Of a DNA stretch of 64,000 nt, positions 20,321-30,866 are shown piece by piece. Numbering within the stretch: position 1 is the stretch's first letter; each line of letters opens with the position of its first letter. Source of the stretch: an uncultured delta proteobacterium (GTDB taxonomy: Bacteria > Desulfobacterota > Binatia > UBA9968); assembly GCA_963760795.1 (NCBI GenBank), contig CAVXEP010000003.1, positions 64,001 through 128,000 on the forward strand, given 5' to 3'. The translations under genes and the position numbers were made by a program. The notes under the pieces were generated by a model, which worked only from the letters and a program-made list of their open reading frames with translations, did no database searches and was not told the origin of the DNA.

Positions 20321-22030
20321 ATGGAATTCGATCTCGAAGCGATCCTACAGACTTTCTTAGCCGAGTGTGAAGAGCACTTCGCCAAGATGGAAGAGGCTCT
20401 GGTCGGCCTGGAAGCGAACCCGGACGACGACCAACTGCTGGAGGCGATCTTTCGTGGCGCCCACACCCTCAAGGGCAACTCCGCGAGTTTGGGCTATCCA
20501 AAAGTCGCCGGCTTCGCCCATGTCTTTGAAGAGTTGCTTCAGCGCTTTCGCAATCACGCGTTACCGGTTACCCAAGAGCGCATTACCCTCTTGCTCCGAT
20601 CCCTCGACGCAATGCGCCAGATGGTGCCCGAAGCGATCGCCGGCGCCGAAGAGCTGCAAGCGCACCATCTCGAGCTGTTGAACCGCTTGGCCAGCGGCGA
20701 TACAGCCAACGGGAAAATTTCGCAACCGGCCAACTCGCCGCGCCGGCCTTTCGGCCGGCGCCAAGCCGACGCAGCCGAATGGATGGAGCGCTCCGGCACG
20801 ATTCGCGTTGATACCCAGAAGCTCGACCGCATGCTCAACCTGGCGGGCGAAATCGCCATCGCCCAAGGGCGGCTGCGCCAAGCGATCGAACAAGCCAGCG
20901 GCAAAAGAACTGAGCCGCTCGAAGCCCAGGACCAAGTCGAACGGCTTTCCCTCGAACTTCAGGAAACCATCATGAAGGTGCGCATGGTGCCGGTGGGGCC
21001 GACGTTTCGCCAATACATCCGCACGGTACGCGATGTCGCCCAGGATCACGGTAAGACCGCGCTGCTGACCTTGGATGGTGAAGATGTCGAGATCGATGTT
21101 AGCCTCATCGAGCATCTCAAAGACCCGCTCACGCACATGATCCGCAACGCCCTCGATCATGGCATCGAGCCGCCTGAGGTTAGAAGAGCGTGCGGCAAGG
21201 ATCCCTGCGGCATGATTTCTCTTAAGGCTTTCCACCAGGGCGCCAACATCGTCATCCAGGTCAGCGATGATGGCGCCGGATTGAACCGCAACAAAATCAT
21301 CGAACGAGCGAGGGTAATTGGTACCGTCACCGAACCGGAAAAACTCGCCGACCCAGAGCTTTATCGGTGGATTTTCGAACCCGGCTTTTCCACCGCGGAC
21401 ACGGTGACGGACATGTCTGGGCGCGGCGTCGGCATGGATGTGGTGCGCCGTAATATCGAAGCCCTGCGCGGTTCAGTGAGCATCGAAAGCGATGGGGGCA
21501 AGGGCAGCACCGTCACCCTCCGTTTGCCCTTAACCCTGGCGATCATCGAAGGGTTCGGCGTCGGTATCGGCGCCGATACCTATGTGTTGCCGCTGCACGC
21601 GGTCAGCGAGTGCATCGAAATGCCCATCAGCGAACGAGCTCACGACCACCCTCAGGGCGTCATCAATTTGCGCGGCGAACCGTTGCCCTATATCCGTCTA
21701 CGCAGCTGGTTTGAACTCGCTAGCCCCCGGCCGAATCGTGAAAACATCGTCGTCGTCGAGCTTGACGGCGCCAAAGCCGGATTAGCGGTGGATTCACTCC
21801 AGGGCTCCCGCCAAACCGTGATCAAACCCCTCGGCGATCAGTTTAAAGATCTTTCGGGCATCTCCGGCTCGGCGATCATGGGCAACGGCAGAGTCGCGCT
21901 GATCCTAGATGTCGCCGCCCTGATGCGCGAGGTGATCCGTTTCCAGGGCAACGTCAGCGCCCGCGGCGGAGCTTCGCTCCGCGCCAGCGAAAGCACCTCA
22001 ACTAACGCGCATGCAGCGCACTACCTTTAG
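20321..22030 (+). CDS. cheA: chemotaxis histidine kinase CheA (no P2 domain)
   Basis: Hpt FRGAHTLKG, IRVDTQKLD dimerisation, HMIRNALDHGIE, GFSTA/GRGVGMDVV, C-terminal CheW domain. Confidence 0.95.
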   Translation: MEFDLEAILQTFLAECEEHFAKMEEALVGLEANPDDDQLLEAIFRGAHTLKGNSASLGYPKVAGFAHVFEELLQRFRNHALPVTQERITLLLRSLDAMRQMVPEAIAGAEELQAHHLELLNRLASGDTANGKISQPANSPRRPFGRRQADAAEWMERSGTIRVDTQKLDRMLNLAGEIAIAQGRLRQAIEQASGKRTEPLEAQDQVERLSLELQETIMKVRMVPVGPTFRQYIRTVRDVAQDHGKTALLTLDGEDVEIDVSLIEHLKDPLTHMIRNALDHGIEPPEVRRACGKDPCGMISLKAFHQGANIVIQVSDDGAGLNRNKIIERARVIGTVTEPEKLADPELYRWIFEPGFSTADTVTDMSGRGVGMDVVRRNIEALRGSVSIESDGGKGSTVTLRLPLTLAIIEGFGVGIGADTYVLPLHAVSECIEMPISERAHDHPQGVINLRGEPLPYIRLRSWFELASPRPNRENIVVVELDGAKAGLAVDSLQGSRQTVIKPLGDQFKDLSGISGSAIMGNGRVALILDVAALMREVIRFQGNVSARGGASLRASESTSTNAHAAHYL

Positions 22031-22045
22031 GCTAGGTCTATTTGT

Positions 22046-22564
22046 ATGAATGACAAAGAAGATTGCTTTGACCAGACCCAATATCTGACCTTTCATTTGG
22101 CCGGCGAGGAGTATGCGGTGGGCATCCTCCAAGTCAAAGAAATCATCACCTACGGAACTTTGACCAAGGTACCGCACACCCCGGCGTCGATCCGCGGCGT
22201 GATTAATTTGCGCGGCAACGTGGTTCCGGTGGCCGATCTCGGCATGAAATTTGGCTTGGCCGCGAGTCCGGTGACCGATCGCACCTGCATCGTTATCGTC
22301 GAGGCGAATATCAACGACACACAGACGGTCATGGGGGTTGTCGCCGACTCAGTCAGCCAAGTCATCAGCATGTCCCGCGACAGCATCTTACCGGCGCCGG
22401 CGTTTGGCACCCGCGTGCGCATGGATTTTCTGCGCGGCATGGGAAGATCGGGTGAGAAGTTCATCTTGGTCCTGGACATCGACAAAGTCCTAGGCGCCGA
22501 CGATCTCGCGCCGGTGACGGCTAGTCTCAATGCTCTGGAGTCAACTCCGGAAGCAGGATTGTAA
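22046..22564 (+). CDS. cheW: CheW coupling protein
   Basis: QYLTFHLAGEEYA, GVINLRGNVVPVADL. Confidence 0.95.
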   Translation: MNDKEDCFDQTQYLTFHLAGEEYAVGILQVKEIITYGTLTKVPHTPASIRGVINLRGNVVPVADLGMKFGLAASPVTDRTCIVIVEANINDTQTVMGVVADSVSQVISMSRDSILPAPAFGTRVRMDFLRGMGRSGEKFILVLDIDKVLGADDLAPVTASLNALESTPEAGL

Positions 22565-22651
22565 GATGACTTCGGGAACGAGTTGGCTGACTAGGGAACA
22601 CCTCCATAAAAAACCGGTAAAATTGCACATGATCCAACAAGAGTACTGCGT

Positions 22652-24349
22652 ATGAGCCAGTTCATAGCCCCAGCAAAAATCACCCGGCGCATAAAGAATA
22701 GTCTTAAGACTAAGGTCGCTTTGGCGATTGCCGCGCTTTTGGTTGTGGTACTGGGAGCCGGCGCGTGGATCAATATTTCATTTTTCACAGCGGAATATCT
22801 CCAGTGGCTGGAGGCACGCTCGGCGGTGCTCGGTCAGCCGTTGATAGTCCGAGTCAAAGACGTTTTATCGCAAGTTGGATACAACCCGAACGTCTTCATC
22901 GTTTTGCAAGGCGATGTCGTGGCGTTGCTAAAAGATAACTCCGAAATCGCTCATATCGCTATGTACGATCAAACCGGCAAGTTGGTACTCCACCGCCGGG
23001 CCAAAGAAGAACAAAAGCAGGAAATTCACGGGGTCATCCAGGCTCGTTTAGCGGACCATCCCAAAACCGTTCTCACACTCGCGCTTGGCGGCAACTACCA
23101 TTTTCTCCATCCGGTCATTCACGAAAAGGGGACGGTGTACGTCTCGCTGGTCTATCGAGCGGAGGCCGTGCGCCGGGCGCAGCAACGAATGACCGGGCTT
23201 TTTGTCGTCCTGGCGTTGGTATCGCTGGCGCTCTCTGCAATCGGAGTCTTCTTTATTGTTCAAAAGTGGATCTCAGGACCGATCCGTAATCTAGTGTCTC
23301 TCGCCCAAACCGTTTCTCAAGGCGATCTCAGCCAGACCGTCGCGGTGCAAGGCGAGGATGAGATTGGCGAGATACAATTGGCTTGCGGCGACATGGTCGC
23401 CCAGCTGCGGGAAATGGTGCAGTCAGTTAAGTCGGCCGCGGATGGTATCTCAGCCGCCTCGGCACAAGTTGCGTCATCCGCGCAAATGCTCTCTCAGGGC
23501 ACCAGCGAACAAGCCGCTTCCGTGGAGGAATCCTGCGCCAGTCTGGAACAGATGAACGCGTCAATCGCGCAGAACGCCGACAACAGTAAACAGATGGAAC
23601 AAATGGCGCTCAAGGGTGCCGACGAAGTGGAACAGAGCGGCAAAACCGTCTCCGAAGGGGTCGATGCGATGAATTCAATCGCCGAGAAAATTTCCATCGT
23701 CGAGGCAATCGCTTACCAGACCAATCTCCTAGCTTTGAACGCCGCCATCGAAGCGGCGCGCGCCGGCGAACATGGCAAAGGATTCGCCGTGGTCGCCACC
23801 GAGGTAAGAAAACTCGCCGAACGGAGTCAGCAAGCCGCCCAGGAAATCGGCTCGCTCACCTCCTCTAGCGTGCGAATCGCCGAACGCTCGGGAACGGTTC
23901 TCAAAGATTTGGTCCCGTCGATCCGAAAAACCGCCGAGCTGGTCCAGGAAGTCGCCACCGCCTCCAGAGAACAGGCCGTCGGCGTTTCCCAAGTTAACAA
24001 GGCCATGACTCACATGGATCAGGTCACCCAGAGAAACGCCGCAGCAGCCGAAGAACTCTCCAGCACCGCCGAGCAAATGGCCGATCAGGCAAAGAGCCTA
24101 CAAGAACTCTTGACAGCGTTCCGAATCGACGCGACCCATGGCGGCGAAAAAGTGAAGCTCAATCCTGTGCCATACGGCTGGGGAAACTTTCCTGGCTCGG
24201 CGGCACGGCAACCTGGGTTGCCACGGCAAAAATCCAACGGGGAGCAAGTAACTGGCACTGGCGATAGCTCATTCAAGACGTCCGGCCGGACCACCGAGTT
24301 AGGCGCAAACGGCGTGAAATTCAATCATTCCGATACCGTGGGAGGGTAG
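22652..24349 (+). CDS. methyl-accepting chemotaxis protein (2 TM, periplasmic sensor, HAMP)
   Basis: [30 protein letters not shown] hairpin; two TM helices; HAMP DEIG. Confidence 0.95.
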   Translation: MSQFIAPAKITRRIKNSLKTKVALAIAALLVVVLGAGAWINISFFTAEYLQWLEARSAVLGQPLIVRVKDVLSQVGYNPNVFIVLQGDVVALLKDNSEIAHIAMYDQTGKLVLHRRAKEEQKQEIHGVIQARLADHPKTVLTLALGGNYHFLHPVIHEKGTVYVSLVYRAEAVRRAQQRMTGLFVVLALVSLALSAIGVFFIVQKWISGPIRNLVSLAQTVSQGDLSQTVAVQGEDEIGEIQLACGDMVAQLREMVQSVKSAADGISAASAQVASSAQMLSQGTSEQAASVEESCASLEQMNASIAQNADNSKQMEQMALKGADEVEQSGKTVSEGVDAMNSIAEKISIVEAIAYQTNLLALNAAIEAARAGEHGKGFAVVATEVRKLAERSQQAAQEIGSLTSSSVRIAERSGTVLKDLVPSIRKTAELVQEVATASREQAVGVSQVNKAMTHMDQVTQRNAAAAEELSSTAEQMADQAKSLQELLTAFRIDATHGGEKVKLNPVPYGWGNFPGSAARQPGLPRQKSNGEQVTGTGDSSFKTSGRTTELGANGVKFNHSDTVGG

Positions 24350-24354
24350 TCGCC

Positions 24355-25608
24355 ATGTTACGCCAGTTACAAAGGAAGCTCTCAATCCGAAAAAAGTTTT
24401 ACTTGCTTTGTGTCTTTTCCACGCTTGGCTATGCCTTCTGCGGCACTTTGGCAGCGCGCGGTGCAAGCATCGAAGTCTTCCTTGGAAGTGGAGCAGCATT
24501 TGTTATGCTAAATTGCCTGGCAGCTTGGTATTTAGCGGACAGCATCGCCCGGCCACTGCTCAATTTCGCCGACCGTTTTAACAATCACAATCATGGCCAA
24601 TCGGGTTTACTCAGATGGGTCAAAGCGACCGACCGCGGCGATGAGCTCGGCGAAGTCGCGCGCGCCTACAACAGTTTTACCGATAATCTCCATGAGTCGA
24701 TCGAATGGGTGATCGGCACCGCCGACGCTTTATCGAAAGCTTCGATCGAAATCGCCGCCTCGGCGCAGAGCCTGACGCAGACCACCAGCGAGCACGCCGC
24801 CGCGGTGCAAGAAACCACCGCGAGCCTGGAGGAAATGAACGCGTCGATCAACCAGAACGCGGCTAACTCCCGGGAGATGGAACAAATGGCGCTGGAGGGT
24901 GCGCATGAGCTGGCGCAATGCAGCCAGGTCGTCGGCGAATCGGTGCACGCGATGAAAATTATCGCCGAGAAAATTACCATCGTCGAGGAGATCGCCTACC
25001 AGACCAATCTTTTGGCCCTCAACGCCGCCATCGAAGCGGCGCGCGCCGGCGAACACGGCAAAGGCTTCGCCGTGGTCGCCAGTGAAGTTAGAAAGTTGGC
25101 CGAAAGAAGCCAGATCGCAGCGCGCGACATTAGCTCACTTACATCTTCGAGCGTCATCGTCGCGGAACGTTCAGGAAACGCCTTGAAAGAGTTGGTAGCG
25201 TCGATCCGCAAGACCGCGGAGTTGGTGCAAGAGGTCGCCACGGCATCAAGAGAACAGGCCAGCGGTGTGGCCCAAGTCAACAGAGCTATGATGCAGGTCG
25301 ACAAAGTAACCCAGCGCAACGCGGCGCAAGCTGAAGAGCTCGCAAATACCGCCGATCAAACCGCCGCCCACGCTGAGAACTTACAACTGCTCATGAGCGT
25401 ATTTAGAGCAAGCAAGTCGGAAACGCGCTCCAGCGCGGCCTCAACTCCGACCCAAACCGCTTCCCAGACCCATGATCTGGAGCCGGAGGGTCGCCGTGGC
25501 GACCAAGGTCAATCTCGCCGTGACCGTCAATCTTCGGCGCGCACCGAGCCAAACAGCGTGACCCGAAGGCCAAATTTTAAACGTTCTCAGTGGAGCAATG
25601 AATTATGA
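24355..25608 (+). CDS. methyl-accepting chemotaxis protein with two TM helices but no periplasmic sensor
   Basis: MCP hairpin motif; N-terminal TM pair joined by only a few residues; HAMP-like DELG. Confidence 0.92.
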   Translation: MLRQLQRKLSIRKKFYLLCVFSTLGYAFCGTLAARGASIEVFLGSGAAFVMLNCLAAWYLADSIARPLLNFADRFNNHNHGQSGLLRWVKATDRGDELGEVARAYNSFTDNLHESIEWVIGTADALSKASIEIAASAQSLTQTTSEHAAAVQETTASLEEMNASINQNAANSREMEQMALEGAHELAQCSQVVGESVHAMKIIAEKITIVEEIAYQTNLLALNAAIEAARAGEHGKGFAVVASEVRKLAERSQIAARDISSLTSSSVIVAERSGNALKELVASIRKTAELVQEVATASREQASGVAQVNRAMMQVDKVTQRNAAQAEELANTADQTAAHAENLQLLMSVFRASKSETRSSAASTPTQTASQTHDLEPEGRRGDQGQSRRDRQSSARTEPNSVTRRPNFKRSQWSNEL

Positions 25609-25648
25609 AAAACGCCAGTGACCGTCAATTCGGTAACAAGACAACTCA

Positions 25649-27223
25649 ATGAACGTTTTCAAATTCAATCAGATCCGTGAACGGCGCACGAGTGGTTTGG
25701 TTTTTCGTTTCAGTCTGGTGACCGGCATCGCCTTACTGGTGGTCGGCGTCATTTCCGCGTTCGTGACCAGTTACATCGAGCGCCGGGCGCTACTAGCGGA
25801 AATAGAAAAGCAGGCCGAGCGCACGGCCGAACTTTTAGCACACAATATCGCTAGCTCGATGTTCACGTTCAATCAGTACAAAATCAACGGGACAGTTGCA
25901 GCCTTTGGCAATGATCCGGCAATTAAATACATCGAGGTTAAAGACAGCTCTGGAAAGATCCAAACATTCCGTGGGGAGAAAAAGGACCTGACGGCAACGC
26001 TAGCCGTCAACCGCCCGGTGTTTTTCAATACCAGAGAAGCTCTCGGCTCAGTTACCCTATGGATCTCGACAGAGTCGGTTGAACGATTGCTCAATCGCGG
26101 CTGGTGGAGCATCATCCTGCGCGAAGCCGCTGGTCTAGCTTTCCTTTTTGTCGTGTTGACCATTTTGACGCGTCGGGAGGTTTCCCGGCCGCTGTCGCTG
26201 GTCGCCGCCCGCCTTAAAGAAATCGCCCAAGGCGACGGCGATTTGACCAAGCGCATCGACTGTAGCACCGACAACGAAATCGGCGATGTCGCGCGTTCGT
26301 TCAATCAGTTTGCTGATAAGCTCACTCACGTCATCGCCCTGGTCCGCATGTCGGCAGATGCGGGGGCGCTGGCATCCAATCAACTCTCATCCGCCGCGGA
26401 GATGCTGTCACGGGGCACCAACGAGCAAGTCGCCTCGGTTGAGGAAACGACTTCGAGTCTGCAGCAAATCAATGCCTCGATCGGTCAAAACGTGGACAAC
26501 AGTCGGCAAATGGAACAGATGGCTCTCGCCGGTGCGAAGCAGGTGGAAGAGTCCGGCAAGGCGGTTGCGGAATCACTCGACGCGATGAAAACCATCGCTG
26601 AGAAAATCACCATCGTTGAAGAAATCGCCTACCAAACTAACTTGCTCGCCCTCAACGCCGCCATTGAGGCGGCCCGCGCCGGCGAACATGGCAAAGGATT
26701 TGCCGTGGTTGCCACCGAGGTCAGGAAACTGGCCGAACGGAGCCAAACTGCGGCCCGAGAAATCAGCTCGTTAACGACTTCCAGCCTCAAAGTCGCGGAA
26801 CGTTCCGGGGTATTGTTGAAGGATCTCGTTCCGACCATTCGGAAGACCGTGGAGTTGGTCCAAGAAGTGACAACCGCATCGCGCGAGCAAGGCACGGGTG
26901 TCTATCAAGTCAATCAGGCAATGATTCAAGTGGACCGAGTCACCCAAACCAACGCGGCGGCAGCCGAAGAATTGACGAGCACAGCGGGACAACTCACGGC
27001 CCAAGCGCAAGAGCTACAGAAGCTCATGGGTTCGTTCCGCATCCACGCTGAGGTAACCGGGACGGCGAGATCGGTGCAGCCCACCGCAGCCCAGCCCAAT
27101 CACACCGGGTTACACCATCCATTGAGAAATCCTCCGCGGCGAGCGCCGTCGAACAATGCCGGTGCGAGCGGTGGACTGCGACAGCTAGATCAAGACCAGG
27201 ATCGAAATTATCAACGATTCTAA
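25649..27223 (+). CDS. methyl-accepting chemotaxis protein with C-terminal pentapeptide NYQRF
   Basis: 2 TM helices, HAMP GDLTKRI...NEIG, MCP hairpin; ends RNYQRF. Confidence 0.95.
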   Translation: MNVFKFNQIRERRTSGLVFRFSLVTGIALLVVGVISAFVTSYIERRALLAEIEKQAERTAELLAHNIASSMFTFNQYKINGTVAAFGNDPAIKYIEVKDSSGKIQTFRGEKKDLTATLAVNRPVFFNTREALGSVTLWISTESVERLLNRGWWSIILREAAGLAFLFVVLTILTRREVSRPLSLVAARLKEIAQGDGDLTKRIDCSTDNEIGDVARSFNQFADKLTHVIALVRMSADAGALASNQLSSAAEMLSRGTNEQVASVEETTSSLQQINASIGQNVDNSRQMEQMALAGAKQVEESGKAVAESLDAMKTIAEKITIVEEIAYQTNLLALNAAIEAARAGEHGKGFAVVATEVRKLAERSQTAAREISSLTTSSLKVAERSGVLLKDLVPTIRKTVELVQEVTTASREQGTGVYQVNQAMIQVDRVTQTNAAAAEELTSTAGQLTAQAQELQKLMGSFRIHAEVTGTARSVQPTAAQPNHTGLHHPLRNPPRRAPSNNAGASGGLRQLDQDQDRNYQRF

Positions 27224-27405
27224 AGAAGCTGTGACAGAGACGAAGGCGACAAAGGTTGACGAAGAATGAAGAAGCTAGAGACATCCTTGAGATCCGCGGC
27301 CAACTCAAGTGCCGCTTACCCACAATACGAACGGGTGACTGGGCGATCTAAAGTGTCCAGAATCGCACAAGACAGGCGCTACGACAGCATGAGCGCCGAT
27401 TAACC

Positions 27406-28347
27406 ATGACCCTGAATCAGCCCATGCCAGTGCCAACTCAATCGACCACCGATCAGGTCATCCGCCCGGTGAGCGATCATGAGTTCGCGCTGTTCCAAAA
27501 GTTGATCTACAGCAAAGCGGGAATCCATCTCGCGCCGGCAAAAAAAGCTTTGCTGGAGGCGCGTCTGACACGGCGCTTGCGCGAATTGGGCCTGGACTCG
27601 TTTACGGCTTACTACCAGAAAGTCCTGGCCGTCGACGACAGTGAAGAGCTGATCATCCTGCTCAACCGCATAGCCACCAATGAAACTCATTTTTTTCGCG
27701 AGCCCAAGCAGTTCGAGTTCCTCGAAAATCACATCATTCCCGCGTGGCAGTCTCAGGGTCATGGTGCCAACGGCACGCGCAGCATCCGGGTCTGGAGCGC
27801 GGCCTGTTCGACCGGCGAAGAGCCCTACTCCATCGCCATGATGCTGTGGGAACGCTTTGCGCCGGGCTCGGGTTGGGACTTTGAGATATTGGCGACTGAT
27901 CTATCGACCCGCGTACTCGCCGCTGCCAGCGCAGCGGTCTGGCCCATCGCCAAGGCCAGCGAGATCCCCGATGAGTATCTTAAAAAATACATGCTCAAGG
28001 GAACCGGCGAGCAGAATGGCAAAATGAAAGCCGGGGCTGAGTTACGTTCGACGATTCGCTTCGAGCGGCTCAACTTGAACGAGGAGCATTACCCGGTCGA
28101 TGGCAATTTCGATTTGATCTTTTGTCGCAATGTCTTGATCTATTTCGACACCCAGTCTCGCGCTGGAGCGATCGCGCGCGTGATCGACAGCCTCGCGCCC
28201 AACGGCTATCTGTTCGTCGGCCATGCCGAAAGTTTGCATAGCGTCACCGACCGGGTGCGCTATGTTTTACCGACGATTTACAGCAACAGCAGTCAACCGC
28301 AACCGGCCGTAAAGCCGAAACGTCACGGAGTAGAATCAGCACGATGA
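27406..28347 (+). CDS. cheR: chemotaxis methyltransferase CheR
   Basis: TNETHFFRE, VWSAACSTGEEPYS, DLIFCRNVLIYF, GHAESL. Confidence 0.95.
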   Translation: MTLNQPMPVPTQSTTDQVIRPVSDHEFALFQKLIYSKAGIHLAPAKKALLEARLTRRLRELGLDSFTAYYQKVLAVDDSEELIILLNRIATNETHFFREPKQFEFLENHIIPAWQSQGHGANGTRSIRVWSAACSTGEEPYSIAMMLWERFAPGSGWDFEILATDLSTRVLAAASAAVWPIAKASEIPDEYLKKYMLKGTGEQNGKMKAGAELRSTIRFERLNLNEEHYPVDGNFDLIFCRNVLIYFDTQSRAGAIARVIDSLAPNGYLFVGHAESLHSVTDRVRYVLPTIYSNSSQPQPAVKPKRHGVESAR

Positions 28348-29450
28348 GTCTCGGCAAACCCGGTCCATTGAATATCTTGGTCGTCGACGATTCCGCCGTT
28401 GTTCGCGAGGTGATGACCGCGGTGTTGGCGCAAGAGCCAGGTTTCAGCGTGACCGTCGCCGGCGATCCGTTTATCGCCATGGGTAAGATGAAGCAAAAAC
28501 GGCCTGACGTCATAGTTCTCGATCTCGAGATGCCGCGCATGGACGGCCTGACTTTCCTGCGCAAGATCGTCCGCGAAGATCCCATTCCCGTGGTCATCTG
28601 TTCGGCGTTGACCGGACCCGACACCAGCATCGGTCTGCAAGCGCTCGAGGAGGGCGCCGTCGACGTCGTCACCAAACCGCGCTTAGGCGTCCGTGACTTT
28701 CTCCACGAATCGGCAGTGGTATTAATCGATGCCGTGCGCGCGGCGGCGCGCTCCGCTGGGCGAAAACCCATCGCGCCACCATTGGCCGCAACACCGCGGC
28801 TCAACGCCGACGCCATGCTCGCAGGGAAATCGGCCATGCCCTTGAGCATTATCTGCGAAAAAATCGTTGCCATCGGCGCCTCCACCGGTGGCACCGAAGC
28901 ACTAAAGTCGATCCTTGAAGCCATGCCACCGGACGCACCGGGACTGGTGGTCGTGCAACATATGCCGGAAGGGTTCACCGCCGCATTTGCCCAACGCTTG
29001 AACCAATCTTGCCGCATTGAAGTCAAGGAGGCTGCCAACGGCGACCGCGTCGCCACCGGACGCGCCCTGATCGCGCCGGGGAATCTCCACACCCTGGTGC
29101 GGCGGCACGGCGCTCAATATGTCGTCGAAGTCGTCGACGGCCCTTTGGTATCGCGCCACCGTCCTAGCGTCGACGTCCTATTCCGCTCCGTGGCGCAAAG
29201 TGCCGGCGCCAATGCCGTCGGTGTGATCATGACCGGCATGGGCAACGACGGCGCCGAAGGCCTTTTGGAAATGAAGCACGCCGGTGCGTGTACTCTCGCC
29301 CAAGACGAAGCCTCCTGCGTGGTTTTTGGCATGCCCAAGGAAGCGATCGAGCGCGGCGCGGTGGACCGGGTCGTGCATCTCTCCGGGATAGCCGCGGCGC
29401 TCTTAACCGGACCGCTAACCGACAAAGGGAAACTGTTAGGCCGGCGTTAA
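28344..29450 (+). CDS. cheB: REC-methylesterase CheB
   Basis: N-terminal REC; IGASTGG, VQHMP, HRPSVDVLF, TGMGNDG. Confidence 0.95.
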   Translation: MSLGKPGPLNILVVDDSAVVREVMTAVLAQEPGFSVTVAGDPFIAMGKMKQKRPDVIVLDLEMPRMDGLTFLRKIVREDPIPVVICSALTGPDTSIGLQALEEGAVDVVTKPRLGVRDFLHESAVVLIDAVRAAARSAGRKPIAPPLAATPRLNADAMLAGKSAMPLSIICEKIVAIGASTGGTEALKSILEAMPPDAPGLVVVQHMPEGFTAAFAQRLNQSCRIEVKEAANGDRVATGRALIAPGNLHTLVRRHGAQYVVEVVDGPLVSRHRPSVDVLFRSVAQSAGANAVGVIMTGMGNDGAEGLLEMKHAGACTLAQDEASCVVFGMPKEAIERGAVDRVVHLSGIAAALLTGPLTDKGKLLGRR

Positions 29451-29553
29451 GCGCAGCGCACCGGAGCGAACGATACAGAGAAGCCATGGACAAAGATATT
29501 TATAAAGTCAGCCAATTGAATAAATGGGTCAATTTAGGAAGGAGAATAAATTC

Positions 29554-29937
29554 GTGAACAAAATAAAGGTTCTCGCCGTAGACGACTCCAAAACCATGCT
29601 CGCCATGCTTTCGGCACAGTTACGCGGCAGCAGTTTTGAAATCGTCGCCACCGCCAGCAGCGGCCCCGAGGCCGTGGAGAAATTTAAGGAGCTCAAACCA
29701 CAACTGGTATTACTCGATGTCGTCATGCCAGAAGTGACCGGCGTGGATACCCTCGAGCGCCTGCTCAATGTCGACACTAGCGCCTGCGTGGTGATGGTGA
29801 GCTCCATCGGCACCGAGGCGACGGTCCAGGATTGTCTTAAGAAAGGCGCCAAGAGCTTCCTGCAAAAACCGCTGCAGAAGGACAACATGTTGGCGCACTT
29901 GAAGAATGTCTGCCAGGAAGCCGGGGTGGAACTATGA
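29554..29937 (+). CDS. cheY: CheY-like response regulator
   Basis: GTG with AGGAG RBS; VLAVDDS, LLDVVMP, FLQKP; stop overlaps the start of the CheX-like gene. Confidence 0.85.
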   Translation: MNKIKVLAVDDSKTMLAMLSAQLRGSSFEIVATASSGPEAVEKFKELKPQLVLLDVVMPEVTGVDTLERLLNVDTSACVVMVSSIGTEATVQDCLKKGAKSFLQKPLQKDNMLAHLKNVCQEAGVEL

Positions 29938-30791
29938 GCGCGAGATTTTTTGGGCAGTACCTTCTCGAGAAGGGCCGGATTACTTCGCAGCAGTTGCTCA
30001 CCGCTCTGGAGTTTCAAAAATCAATCTCGCTGCCGATCGGCACCCTGGCCATGGAACGGGGCTGGCTTACCGCGGCACAGATCAACGAAATTATCGCGCA
30101 ACAGAAACGCAAGACTTTGCGCTTTGGCGAACTGGCGCTTGAGTTGGGCTATTTGACGCAGGCACAGGTTGATGACCTTGTCCAAGTCCAAGAGACCAGT
30201 CATCGCGTGCGATTGGGCGAAGCGCTGGTGATCAGAGGGTTTCTGACCATGGAGGCTCTCGAACGCGAACTCAAGGAATACAACAAGGAAACCGAGAAAT
30301 TCTCGTCGGAAGTCAGCGCCGCGTTCGGCGCGCTCGCGCACAAAGACATCGTCAAGACTTTTACCGACTTGATGTTGATGATGTTCACTCGTTTCGGCAA
30401 GCAGGACATCATCATCGAACGCTGTGAGAGCGGTAAAGAGAAGGTGCGGCTTTTCCGGTGGGTGATCGCGCAAAAGATCGCCGGCGACAACGTCAATTTC
30501 AACTGTCTGTTGTCGGTGCCGCCCAAGCTGCTGCTTCAGATGGCCTCGACGATGCTGGACGACACCATCAGCACCGCCGACGAACTAGCTTTGGACGCGT
30601 CGAAAGAGTTCGTCAACATCGCCAATGGCAACGCCTGCGCCAAACTTTCCGAGGACGGTATCGAGCTCACCATGCTGCCACCGGAAGTCTACGAGACCAC
30701 CAGCAAGCCCTATCCCCTGCAGACCAAAGAAGTGGTCTGCGTCCATCTCGCGTCGCCGGATTCAAAGCTGGAGGTGGCCTTCGAGTTCTAG
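29934..30791 (+). CDS. CheX-like phosphatase with N-terminal MshEN-like (c-di-GMP-binding) repeats
   Basis: Four copies of the xxGxxxxxxGxxTxxxxxxxxxxQ MshEN motif; C-terminal DASKEFVNIANGN (ExxN) and LPP. Confidence 0.8.
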   Translation: MSARFFGQYLLEKGRITSQQLLTALEFQKSISLPIGTLAMERGWLTAAQINEIIAQQKRKTLRFGELALELGYLTQAQVDDLVQVQETSHRVRLGEALVIRGFLTMEALERELKEYNKETEKFSSEVSAAFGALAHKDIVKTFTDLMLMMFTRFGKQDIIIERCESGKEKVRLFRWVIAQKIAGDNVNFNCLLSVPPKLLLQMASTMLDDTISTADELALDASKEFVNIANGNACAKLSEDGIELTMLPPEVYETTSKPYPLQTKEVVCVHLASPDSKLEVAFEF

Positions 30792-30866
30792 CCGATCGCG
30801 CCAGCGGACCGGCAGCGGATGGGCCACTGCGGAATTCTAATTAAGTTGCCAATCGACGAGGGGGGC

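Noticed and set aside
23690-26760. Three near-identical ~120-nt segments
   Set aside because: They are the conserved MCP hairpin tips of paralogous receptors, not mobile repeats.
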